The notes below the pieces were generated by a model. That model was given only the letters and a program-made list of their open reading frames with translations, was not told the origin of the DNA and did not search any database. A stretch of DNA of 63,719 nt, counting the filler, from Octopus bimaculoides (lineage: Eukaryota): assembly GCF_001194135.2 (NCBI RefSeq). It is 6 parts of 5 records of this genome, joined end to end, with 100 filler letters (N's around TTAATTAATTAA, not from the genome) between each part and the next. Parts side by side here need not be neighbours in the genome. Positions count along the whole stretch, not along the records: positions 16,031 to 34,353 come from NC_068988.1; positions 34,454 to 47,208 come from NW_026331412.1; 4 more parts are not named here. The stretch is one strand, 5' to 3'. A program made the position numbers and the translations under genes. Below are positions 24,609-36,871 of the stretch, in pieces; positions within the stretch are counted from its first letter, which is position 1, and each line of letters opens with the position of its first letter.

Positions 24609-24864
24609 GAGAGAGAGAGAGGGAGGGATAGAGAAATAGAAAGAAAGACAGAAAGAAAGAGAGCGAGAGAGTAAGAAAAGTGTAAAGAGGGATATCAGGC
24701 TGCTGTCTCTAGTTGGTGAACTGCCCATCAAGAATAGAGGTTTTTGTACGAACAAATCAATGAAACTATTTAATTCATTTCCTCAATAAATCGTTGTACT
24801 CTGCACTATTCCCTCACCTCCTCCCCTTCTACCCTGCAACTGTTTCTGCTGCAGCTAATACTAA

Positions 24865-24915
<51 letters not shown>

Positions 24916-25831
24916 GGCAGCGGTTATAGGGAATCGAACTATTCTGAGCATGTGCCTGTTATTTTGCGAAGGACTGCTGAAAGAAGGCACTTTCTATTTG
25001 AAAGTTGTCACTCCAAAGTAAAGGATTCTATTATTCAGGTATCCATATAGTTTGTACGCTATGTATATTTTATACGCCATTTTTTTCGTTTTCTTTTCCT
25101 CGCCCGTTTTCGATTAAATCCTCTACATATCCTCCTCCTCCTCCATCTTCTTCTTCTTCTTGAGTGAGAGAGCAGTGCATGCGATCAAAGTGACACTGGG
25201 GGTAAAATATACGAAGCCCAGTACACCCATCATGACTATCCGTCTGATAAGGATACACCAGGCACATGTATCACAACCATATGTGCGCTACATAGTGATC
25301 TCATATCAAGATAAAGAGTGCATGAGCTTGAAGGTGGGGCCCAGTTAGAATTTTCTGCAGGTCGAGTAGTCCATCCTGATCAAAAGGTCCCTGAACAAGG
25401 GTTGTTTACGAATGTTAAACAAAACACCCATGTTTCCAAAGGTGAATTATTCAAACTCCAAACAACTCCTCTCAACACATGGCTATGATGTTCCCCCACT
25501 ACTTCTACCCGTGATCAGAGATGCACATATCGTCAGCCACTAAGGGACATGCTCGACTGGTTAAGGTCAAGCAACTGACAAGCAAATCTGTGGTGTTGAG
25601 CAGAATATTTCCTGTAGCAAAACCTTTATACCAAAAAACAAAACAATGTACATGAAAACACTTCCAATCAGTTAAGATAAGAAGCCATAAGAACCACTGC
25701 CCGGTACTGCGACATATACAGCTTGTTGCTGGGGGTATCATTAATGTTCTAGATGTTTATTTCTTGTGAAATAGAATAGTATGTCCTTTTCATATCTCGA
25801 AATCTTTGCGGAGACTACTTGCACTGCGAAG

Positions 25832-27097
25832 TATGAGGGTAAGTCAAGTTATCTGCACGTTCGCCAACACTTTCCTTAGGTCAACTGTACTATTTTCAGC
25901 TATTGCTAAAATAAAGTACATATGTGGTTACATAATCGAAATTTAGCTTTCATCCATCTAGTAATCTTTCTTGTGTTACTGAATAAACATAGCCGCTCCG
26001 CTGTGTCAGTATGCGCCAAGGAAGAACAGAAACGAGTGGTCCAATTTTTCTTGTATCAGCTGCTGAAACTCATCGCAGGCTTTCGGTACAATACAGAGGA
26101 AATGCTTTGCCGCAATGCAGTGTGTCTGAGTGGGTCAAAAATTTTAAAACTGGCCAGACAAGCTTGGCGTATGAATAAGAAGGATGCTCATTAACGTCCA
26201 CTATGGACGTGAAAATTCCCAAAGCTCAAGAGATGGTTCTGGCACCAACGTGTGACCATCGATAAGGGGGAAAATTTATTTGCAAATTAGATATGGTTCT
26301 GCATACGACATCATCCACAAACTTCGCTTCCGTAAAGTATGTACGGGAAGTGGGGCAAGAGAGCAATCGTGTGGATTTGTCAGCGTTTACTCAACTGCTA
26401 CAACGATGAAGGTGAAACTTTTGTGGAGAGAATGGTCACACACGTTGTGATCTCGGTCCATCACTTTGATCCAGAATCTTAAGGCCAGTATATGGAGTGG
26501 AAACACCCAGAATCGCCAATGAAAAAGAAATTCAAGACACAACTTCCGCAAAGAAAATGATGCTAACCGTTTTTAGAGGACGTAAAAGGGTCAATACTGG
26601 ACTATTGCCTGGAAAAGGGGCCGACAGTCACCATTGTAGGTTACAGTGAAATGCTGACCAACAAACTACAGCCAACAATTCGCACCAAACGTGAAGATGT
26701 GTTGTTTTCTCAAGTGTTATTGTTGCACATCAATGAACGCTCATATATGGCTGCCAACACCGTTGAAATTAGGGACAAATTGGGTTTGGAGTTGCTGTAA
26801 TAACCTGCATATACTATGTATCTCTCCACTTCCACCTGTCACCATTTAGGATCACTTAAACATCCTTGACGATGATGTCGATTGGCTATAGACAAAGAAG
26901 TGCAGAAAGCAGTGCATAAATGTCCGTGTGACCAGCTGAAAATCTTCTCCGATGAAATAAGAAAGCTTGCAGAGTGCTGGATGAATTGCATCGAAATGCA
27001 AGAAGACCATGTCGAAATATTATGCAATTGTTCAACATCTTTCGTTTTACTAAATTACAGAAATTAGAATGCGTGTAACTTTTGAATTACCATCATA
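25832..27097 (+). mobile_element. mariner transposon, near full length, decayed
   Basis: Ends TATGAGGGTAAGTCAA / TTGAATTACCATCATA are inverted. Remnants: VHHFDPES, MEWKHPESPMKKKFK, MMLTVF, and C-terminal EVQKAVHK...IRKLAECWMNCIEMQEDHVE. Confidence 0.82.
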
Positions 27098-27639
27098 AAA
27101 CTCTTATCTGGAAGTGCTTTATTTTCATTTTTATGCGTATATTTTCTAATCACTTTTCGATTTCTTGCCTTACTGTACCTAGGCACCAACTGTTACTGGC
27201 AATGTATACGCCTTTCAATTACCATAACATTTTCTTTCTTTCTTCCTAACTTCATATCTCATTAGTTTTTCTTCTTTTTCTGCGATTCTACTGTCCTCAG
27301 AGTATGCAATGTCTATGATCAAGCACGAATTTTCTCCCTTATCAATCAGCACAATATCGGGTTCTATGATCACATTGCATTATGAAGTCCCAAAAGTATC
27401 TTTGCTATATCATTTTCTACCATTCTCAAACTACTTTCATGCCTTTTTAAATCCAAACTTATTACATAGTTTTCAGCGAACTATAGTTACGGAATTCATA
27501 TACTTTTTCTAGTATTCTCTCTTGAGCCAATTTGCTGCATATCACATTTCTTTTCAGTTTTGATGTTCTGGGTTATCTATACTATATCTCAACTCCTTCA
27601 CACAGCTTAGTGGTGCAACATTTCCCTCAACACATAAGT

Positions 27640-27960
27640 TGTTTCAAGTATAATCACCAACTGTGTCCTTCCAAAGATGCCTGAAAGTTCCATCTTCTCA
27701 TGCCAGGATTTTGTATTCTTTGAGATGGCTTCGGAGGCACCAATTATGATATCGTTCAACTCACTTTTGTAGGTTTAGGAATACGCACCGCTTGAAACAG
27801 CAGATCTTGATACTTTTCAGTTTTCTTATTCTCTGTCTTCACAGTATCACTATGTTAATGAAGACCCATTCTTTGGTCTCTTTTCGTAGGAGAATGATAT
27901 ATAATCGATTATATTGCCGATTATATTGTAAGTTACAATATCCCACATGAGATTCAACTG
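27640..27960 (-). mobile_element. Restriction-like-endonuclease (R4/Dong-type) LINE 3' fragment, decayed
   Basis: By-eye minus-strand translation: LMWD...ILLRKETKEWVFINIVI..TENKKTEKYQDL...IIIGA..ISKNTKSWHEK, matching the E..K.EKYQDL and IIGA motifs of RLE domains. Confidence 0.6.
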
Positions 27961-29519
27961 ATTCTATCCAACTTGTAAAAGAAATTTCTTTGTTCAAAAG
28001 AGGGCAACAAATATTTGTTTGTACACCAGGAGTGAGAGAACGAGGCTATTGACCAGAAACATAAGTAAAAGAAATCCTCATCCTCATCTTCTCCCCTCCT
28101 CTTTCTCCTCTTCCTATGAGGAAACAGGTTTTGTCAGTATGGTTCTTCACCACAATATCTGGTCTAAGATAACTAAAGTTATCCCAGACTAATGAATCTA
28201 ACACGGATTTAGTTCGTATTTATAAATTCAGAAAACGACATATTTCCTGATGTGTGCTGATATCTGTGAACCTATAATAACTCGTAAATGCACTGTGAAC
28301 ATATGCATATAGCCCCGTGATAAGCACGGAAAATCAGAACGATGACACCCATATTCATTCTTAATACGTTACAGCAGATTCGAACGTGAATATGCTAATC
28401 TTCTGTTGTATTTCGTCACTGACACAACAATTTCGGAACACTTGGTGTCCCAACATCCCCTTACCCTAACGAGCCGAGTGTCCATTAGGGTAAAGAGTTG
28501 TTTTTTAATGACAATATACAATGGCAATTGAGATATTCACGTTCGAAGACGCTGGAACGTATGAAGAATGAATATGTATGTCATCTTTATTATTCCCGCT
28601 GTCAACCGTGCATACGACACTTTATTTATACGTTCATTTTTCAATTATTATTCAAGCGTTTTAGAAAGATATTTAAATTTTACTTTTTTGGAAACAAAAT
28701 TTAATTAGATTCTTTCTTTATTTTATGACAAATTTATATAATGTTTCAGCGTATTTTGATATTTTATTTATGTTTGAATTATATTATAAATTATAGATTT
28801 TATTAAATCAGACCTTAGCTTAGAAATTAATTTGCAGTATTTAGATTTTAATACTTAGACATAATGACTAAATCTAATTTTAAATAATATATTCCTTTAA
28901 GCATTTTCTAATTTCACGTGTAGCCAGCTTAAAAATTTTCTACTTCATGCAGATGTTTGCTAGTTGTCTAGTGGCAAAGTTCAAAAGCAAATTTCATTGG
29001 AGTCAAGAATGAAGTGCGTTTCTTTTTCCTTAGAAGAATGATTTATGCATTTTCAAATTTATTCTGCAATTCAAATATATTTAGTCAACGATACTCGAAA
29101 AATACTATTTGAAAAGAAGCGTCTTTACTCCCACTATTCACGGTAAAAGGTAATAAGTTAACGATAAATATTCTTTTAATATAACTTTTTGTATAAAATG
29201 TTAGATAATTTTAAGAACAATCAGTATACAGTTGTCCAGTTTTAAGTCGGCGGTGGTGGGTAATTTCATGTGAACTTCATAAAGTTAGTGGATGCATGTT
29301 TGTNNNNNNNNNNNNNNNNNNNNNNNNNNNNNNNNNNNNNNNNNNNNNNNNNNNNNNNNNNNNNNNNNNNNNNNNNNNNNNNNNNNNNNNNNNNNNNNNN
29401 NNNNNNNNNNNNNNNNNNNNNNNNNNNNNNNNNNNNNNNNNNNNNNNNNNNNNNNNNNNNNNNNNNNNNNNNNNNNNNNNNNNNNNNNNNNNNNNNNNNN
29501 NNNTATATATATACATACA

Positions 29520-29690
29520 GAGGCGCAGAAGTAGGTGTGTGATAAGAAGCTTGCTTTCCAATCACATGGTTCTGAGTTCAGTCCCACTGCGTAGCACCTT
29601 GGGCAACTGTCTCCTACTATAGCCTCAGACCGAGCAAGACCTTGTGAGTGGATTTGGTAGATGGAAGCTGAAAGAAGCCCACTGTATATA
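29520..29690 (+). mobile_element. SINE family A, 5' half
   Basis: AGGCGCAGAAGTAGGTGTGTGATAAG...GAGTTCAGTCCCACTGCG...CCTTGGGCAAC...GGAAGCTGAAAGAAGCCC. Confidence 0.8.
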
Positions 29691-30354
29691 CATATATATA
29701 TATATGAATGTATGTATATAAAACCCAGTATAATACAGCTCCAGAAAACACTGTTATTAGAGACAGCTAGGATCATCAGAGAGTTCTTGGCATCTAAGAT
29801 TACTTGTTGTTGCCAGCTGTTAGGATTTTTACTTTCTTAAGAGCCCAACCTGTTGTGTGTATAAGAAAATAATAATAGTGATAATGATTATTATAATTAT
29901 TAAAGCGGTTAGCTAGCAGAATCGTTAGCACACTGGACAAAATGCCTAGCGGCAGTTCGTTCGTCTACTACTACTACCAATTCTCCGAATCGCCATCTTC
30001 TTCTTTTTATTCTGTTACTTCTTCAATCTCCCCACAAACTCTTTTTGCCCCTCCGGCTATCCGTAAAAAAATTTCTTTATATGCTTCAAATACACAGTAT
30101 TATGTTACGCCTACGATTCAGTTACTTTGATCCACCCACAATAACTAAAAATCTATTTAAGGCTTGAAAAATCAAAACTATTTTCCATTTCGATGGGCGG
30201 GGGGGGGAAACTAAGCATAATAAACATTACTACATGTGTATTTATATGATAAAATAAGTACCAGTTGAACACTGGGGCTGATGTATTCGACTTACTCACT
30301 CCCCGAAAATTGCAAGCTTTGTGCCAAAATTTGGAATCAATATATATGTATGTA

Positions 30355-30394
<40 letters not shown>

Positions 30395-31184
30395 GAGGGG
30401 TTGTATCGCTGTAACTTCCACCAAGTCGCGTGACTGATTTTTGACTATCAGGGTTAACATTACTCAATGTAATACAAGATAATAAAGTCATATTCAAGAT
30501 AGAAAAAGGCACTTGACTGATATTTCTAGTCTGAAATGGCTACAGAGACTACCTCGTTCGTTTTCTCTGCCGCAGTTGAATTATTGTTGCCCAGAAAAGC
30601 AGACTATTTTTTTTCCACATTTCTTCATATCAAAGAGCGGTAATGTATAGTTGCTAGGTTCTAATGGCGAAGTTATCAGTATTAGAGTAGCATCGATTCC
30701 TAGAATTTATATTTCATAGGATTAACGAACGATATGCAAACTAGTTCTATTGATCCTAGGGATTAGTGAAAACAAAATTAGCCGATCCTTAAACTTTAAA
30801 CGATATTATCGATTTTGGTGAAATTGTAGTGGTAGTAAACGACTGCTATTCAAAGGCAGCTCTTTTACCGACTTTATGGAGCACTCAACACTCCACATAA
30901 TATATTACGTTCTTTCCTAGGCACAATAATTTAAATTTATGATAAAGGAATATAACGTCAGTGAATTGACAGAGTCGTTAGAGCGTTGGACAAAAGGCCT
31001 TGGGTTATTTCTGCTGGTATTCATGTTCGAGTTTAAATCTCGCTGAGATTAATTTTACTGTCATAATTTTGAGCTCGATGAAATAAAATATCAGTCAAGT
31101 ACTGGTGTCAATGTAATCAGCTAAAGCTTTCCCCTCGAAATTGTTGTATTTGTATCTAAGTTTGAAATTATTATCATAAAAATT

Positions 31185-31360
31185 GTGGTATTTCGTCTGC
31201 CTCTACGTTCTGAGTTCAAATTCCGCCGGTATCGACTTTGCCTTTCATCCTTTCAGGGTCGCTAAAATAAGAGACAGTTGAATACCGGGATCGATGAAAT
31301 CGACTATCCCCCGCCACCAAATTTCCAGCCTTGTGCTTTTACTAGAAAGGATTATCATAA
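31185..31360 (+). mobile_element. SINE family B
   Basis: GTTCTGAGTTCAAATTCCGCCGG...GCCTTTCATCCTTTCAGGGTCGCTAAAATAAG. Confidence 0.78.
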
Positions 31361-31829
31361 AATTGTGTGGATAATCAACTGAGTGGTGTTCATATATTTC
31401 TCAAATCATTAGTGCTATAATTGAAAGGATAAAGTTATATAAGTCAAGCCAAAAATGGAAATCGAGACCCAAACATAGTTGCTTGAAAGCTTCCATTTGC
31501 ATAGCTCAAAATGTTGGTCTCTTTGGACATCACATATTCATGGGAAGAAGGAATTGAGGTGGTGATGTAGATGAATTTTCTAACATTGGAAAATGAAGAA
31601 AGAAAAAGCGTCGGACAGAAACTGTCTCAGTATCGATTTGCATTAAGCATCTTGTGAGTTAAACATAACCTTGTCCCAAGTTGTAATAAACTTATTGTGA
31701 AATCATCTTCCTTGGATTCTTTGTTACGTGTGTTTCTGTCTTAGATTCCTGTCAATGTGCTTGTCTTAAATCGGTTAAATTCAATGTGGCATTGTTGACA
31801 TTATTTCGCTTTAATCTTACATTTTTTTT

Positions 31830-32490
31830 ATTTGCCATGGGATTGCGTGCCTGGGCTAGGTTGAGTTAGATGTAAGTTTCCTTTGATTCTCATGTGGTCT
31901 TACTCTAAATTTGCCATGAGCTTGCGGTGCATTTGCTGTGAGCCTGCATTAGCTTGCTTTGCACTTGTCGTGAGCTCGCTATAAGCAGGTTACGAAATTG
32001 CTATGAACATGATATGCGGTTGTTCTGTGTTTGAGACGAGCTTGCTATGAAATTGATACAGACTTACTATGAACTTGGTATCAATTTCTCAAGAGATTGT
32101 TATGGGTTGTGTGCTTGCTTTGGGCTGGCCGTAACTGTGGCATGAGCTTACACTGGACTTGTGAACTTCATTTGAGTGAGTTTACTGTAAACTTGCTGTG
32201 AACTTGCTGTAAATCTGGAATGTGCTTATGAATTTCCTACGAGCTTTACTACACTTCACCATGTGTTTTCTAAGAGCTTGTTGTGAGTCTACTGCAAGTT
32301 TTGTGTGAACTTATCGGGAGTTTGCTTTGAGATTGCAATGATCTTGATACGAATACGTGGTAAACTTGTTAAAAGAGACTACTATCATTCTTACAACCGT
32401 TCACCGTTTGAGCTTGTCGTAAATTTACTTTATTCTGAGTTTGCTTGTAGTCTACGTATGAGCTTCCAGTCAGCCTACTGTGACATTACC
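31830..32490. repeat. Cryptic, degenerate ~11-bp tandem repeat (consensus about CTTGCTRTGAR)
   Basis: Units such as TTTGCCATGAG, CTTGCTATGAA, CTTACTATGAA, CTTGCTGTGAA, CTTGTTGTGAG and TTTGCTTTGAG recur largely in register. Confidence 0.7.
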
Positions 32491-33452
32491 ACACATGCTT
32501 TACCAAGAATTTGATATTGAATATTTTCACTTCTACGTAATTGATTTCTCAACGATAAAACTCAAGATAAGCTTATAATTCATGGAAAGAGTTCCAGTAT
32601 ATTACCAAAATGTAATGTAACGGTTGTGACAAGCTCCTAAAAGAGCCTGATGATGTAACTTGCCATGAAGAGTGAAGAATCTAACGTTTCTGGATCAGAC
32701 ATTTCATGAGAAAGAAAGATATATANNNNNNNNNNNNNNNNNNNNNNNNNNNNNNNNNNNNNNNNNNNNNNNNNNNNNNNNNNNNNNNNNNNNNNNNNNN
32801 NNNNNNNNNNNNNNNNNNNNNNNNNNNNNNNNNNNNNNNNNNNNNNNNNNNNNNNNNNNNNNNNNNNNNNNNNNNNNNNNNNNNNNNNNNNNNNNNNNNN
32901 NNNNNNNNNNNNNNNNNNNNNNNNNNNNNNNNNNNNNNNNNNNNNNNNNNNNNNNNNNNNNNNNNNNNNNNNNNNNNNNNNNNNNNNNNNNNNNNNNNNN
33001 NNNNNNNNNNNNNNNNNNNNNNNNNNNNNNNNNNNNNNNNNNNNNNNNNNNNNNNNNNNNNNNNNNNNNNNNNNNNNNNNNNNNNNNNNNNNNNNNNNNN
33101 NNNNNNNNNNNNNNNNNNNNNNNNNNNNNNNNNNNNNNNNNNNNNNNNNNNNNNNNNNNNNNNNNNNNNNNNNNNNNNNNNNNNNNNNNNNNNNNNNNNN
33201 NNNNNNNNNNNNNNNNNNNNNNNNNNNNNNNNNNNNNNNNNNNNNNNNNNNNNNNNNNNNNNNNNNNNNNNNNNNNNNNNNNNNNNNNNNNNNNNNNNNN
33301 NNNNNNNNNNNNNNNNNNNNNNNNNNNNNNNNNNNNNNNNNNNNNNNNNNNNNNNNNNNNNNNNNNNNNNNNNNNNNNNNNNNNNNNNNNNNNNNNNNNN
33401 NNNNNNNNNNNNNNNNNNNNNNNNNNNNNNNNNNNNNNNNNNNNNNNNNNNN

Positions 33453-33512
<60 letters not shown>

Positions 33513-34205
33513 CGTGTGTGTGTGTGTGTGTAGGTGTGTGTACATGCATGTGTATATATATTACGTATTTGTGTGGGTGCAATTCGCTTAACGAAAGCAA
33601 AAGAGAAAGAAAATTTTACAATGAGAAGTGGAAAGGAGACAAACCGACAGACAGACAAACAGATAGACAGATAAATAGATACGCTAATAATTTGGCAATA
33701 AAGCAATTCTTTGATTTATGAACAAACGACAGATAAGAATTTAATCTTTGCCAAATCGCTTTTTGGCGCCACTCACATAATTCACATGCACACACATACC
33801 ACTTAAAACACATACGCATACATACTCGTGACACATCCGTGTGCATGTACTTATATCACATTCCCTCATGTATACATGCGGACATACATGAACTTATGAA
33901 TACATGCACACAAGACCATATAGATGTATTTATTTTACATGCACTGCGCACAGGACATCCACACATATGTATACTCAAACTAAAACAAGTACACCTAACC
34001 ATGTTCATACAGACATACACGAGTCCACATTCACTGCTCACATACTCTTTCAGTCTATCAGGTTTTTATCAGATAGGCTATTTAAGGCCAAAATCGTAAA
34101 TTATTGTATTAAGCCCACCATAATTGCTATCGTTGGATAAACAATCGTAACATACTAAATCTTGTTGCGCAAAAACATAGGATCACTTTATAAATACCAC
34201 ACACA

Positions 34206-34256
<51 letters not shown>

Positions 34257-34454
34257 ATATATATTCAAATATATATGTGTGTATATATATATGTGTCTGT
34301 ATGTATATATATATATATATACTCTTTTACTCTTTTACTTGTTTCAGTCTTTTNNNNNNNNNNNNNNNNNNNNNNNNNNNNNNNNNNNNNNNNNNNNTTA
34401 ATTAATTAANNNNNNNNNNNNNNNNNNNNNNNNNNNNNNNNNNNNNNNNNNNNA

Positions 34455-35960
34455 TTCTACGGATTACCTAAAATACACAAAAATCTACATATTTCTAAAG
34501 CTTTCAAAGATTCTCCAAGCCTATGCATTAATATTCCTCTCCTACTGGCCTCAAACTAAGACCCATCATTGCTGGCCCTGCTTGTGAAACTCACCGTTTG
34601 AGCAATTTCCTCGGCATCTTACTCAAACCGTTTCTAAAATATGTGAAAAGCTTCTGGCATAGAAGCAATCACCTCCTGGTTAGAAAAATACCCAGAAGAG
34701 ATTCCAGGACGCATCAACCACAGATTCATAATCGCAGCACTGAAATTCATCTTACTGAACAACTATTTCATGTTCGATACAGTCTGATATGGACAAAAAT
34801 TGCAATGGGGACCCGAACTGCCCCAGTGATTGCGAACCTTGTACTGGATTACCTAGAACTTAAAATATACCAATTATCACTACAAAAATATGGCATCTCA
34901 TTTCATGACTATTTAAAGGAGACCTGAAAGAGGTATTTAGATTATTGCTTTATACTAAGACAGCATGGACAAACTCCTCGATTTCAAAATAATGCTCAAA
35001 AATATAAATAGCAACATGCAATTTACTATGTAATAAGTAACTCCCTTTTCTTGACATCCTAATTAAAATAGCCAATAACCACATCGAAACAGACATCTTC
35101 TATAAATCTACAGATTGAAAACAATACTTATTATTCAACTCATGCCACTCAAAACACATAAAAATTAATATACCTTAAAATCTAGTGAAAAGAATCTGTA
35201 CTATAGTTTCGGACACCAATACTCGTGAACGAAGACTACTTGAACTCAGATCAATGCTAATCAAGAGACATTACCCAACATCATTAACAAATGATGGGAT
35301 TAAACAAGCAAAGGAAAGAGACATATGAACATTAAGGGAAATCAACCGAAATACTACACCAGGCTTAAAAATACTCCCATGCATCTCCACACATAACCAT
35401 AGAAACAACGAAGCCTTCAACTTTATCATCCAAAATCTACCCATTCTCACAGGAGATAAAACAATGAACAAAATTTTAGGCTCACACAAAATTATCAAGA
35501 GCAAAATGCAACCGAAATCATTGAAAAAACTATTAACCAACGGAACCAAAAGTGAAAAAATGCGGTCGGCCTAACTGTAGCACATGCCCCCAACCTTTTG
35601 GAGGGTACAGAGTTCCACCTTAAAGAAGGTGAAATATTTAAGATTAAATCATATTTCACCTGTGCCTCGGAAAATCTAATCTATGTCATTACTTGCTTAG
35701 GATGCAGTAATCAATATATTGGCCAAACAGGAATATTACTCCGTCGAAGAACCACTCTTCACAAAGAACAAATCCGCCACCCACAATACAGACAGATACA
35801 GGTCAGTGCACACATAGATAGGTGTGCTAGGAAAATTAATCCTAATTTCCTAATTTTCTCTTTCTATCAATGTTCACAGAACACCTCAGTACAGCAAAGA
35901 ATGAATAAAGAACAACTTTCATCAATAAATATAATCCACAACTTAACATGAACACAACAT
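34455..35960 (+). mobile_element. Penelope-like element fragment (RT + GIY-YIG), decayed and internally deleted
   Basis: FYGLPKIHK, PIIAGPACETHRLSNFLGILLKPFL, IAMGTRTAPVIANL, RYLDYCF (RT); SYFTCASENLIYVITCLGCSNQYIGQTG (GIY-YIG). Confidence 0.88.
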
Positions 35961-36419
35961 AATACAGGACACTCCTAACCTTACCAATTATACCACTAAC
36001 ACTCATACATTCCTTACACCATTCATATTACAGTATTATATCCACCCTAATTGCACCACATCCAGAATTACTTAACTCCCTTCCACAATCTTTTTACTCA
36101 GGGACTAGTAGACCCGACACCGTTTGATAATCGGTGCGCATTCGAAGCCAGTGAACAGCAATAACGATACCGGTTTGACTTTGAATCTCTTTAACAATTC
36201 AAAATAATGAATTTAATTCCTCTTAATTCTGTCTCAGTTCATCTAATTGTATTTATTTATCGCTACTTTTCATAAAAAGCCTTTATTTTATTGATGCTCA
36301 ATGTGCATTTTCGCTTTTTTTCTTCTTACTTCCCCATATATTTTCCACGTGCACTTTCTATTTTCTTTTTGAAACATATTTCTATTATATATATATATTC
36401 TTTTATTCATTTATTTGTT

Positions 36420-36871
36420 TCTTAGTGGTTTGAGTATTTGGCTTACAATCATAAGGTCGTAAGTTCGATTCCTGGCGGTGCATTGCGTCCTTTAACAAGA
36501 CACTTTATTTTTCGTTGCTCCAGTCCACTCAGCTTGCAAATAAACGTTGTACCTGTAATTCAAAGGGCTTATACCTGGTCGTTGGCACTCCGTCGCTTAC
36601 GACGCCGAGGGTTCCAGTTGATCCGATCAACGGAACAGCCTGCTCGTGAAATTAACGTGCAAGTGGCTGCGCACTCCACAGACACGTGTACCCTTAACGT
36701 AGTTCTCGGGGATATTCAGCGTGACACAGTGTGACAAGGCTGACCCTTTGAATTACAGGCACAACAGAAACTGGAAGTAAGAGTGAGAGAAAGTTGTGGT
36801 GGAAGAGCACAGCAGGGTTCGCCACCATCCCCTGCCGGAGCCTCGTGGAGCTTTAGGTGTTTTCGCTCAAT
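36420..36871. mobile_element. Composite of two SINE-like repeats in opposite orientation
   Basis: tRNA-like head on + (GTAAGTTCGATTCCTGG) running to TGTACCTGTAATTCAAAGGGC (~36549-36569); the reverse complement of that segment recurs at ~36743-36763. Confidence 0.65.

Noticed and set aside
25361-25441. 81-nt AG...GT segment in phase 1-1 (GRVVHPDQKVPEQGLFTNVKQNTHVSK) as the next macrodomain exon
   Set aside because: Frame-compatible but lacks the expected G(I/V)FG continuation, and it lies in sequence that looks like an interspersed repeat. At most a cryptic exon; RNA-seq would decide.
32680-32712. Minus strand CTCATGA...CCAGAAACGTTAG as a hammerhead
   Set aside because: The invariant G of CUGA is C and stems I/II do not pair convincingly.
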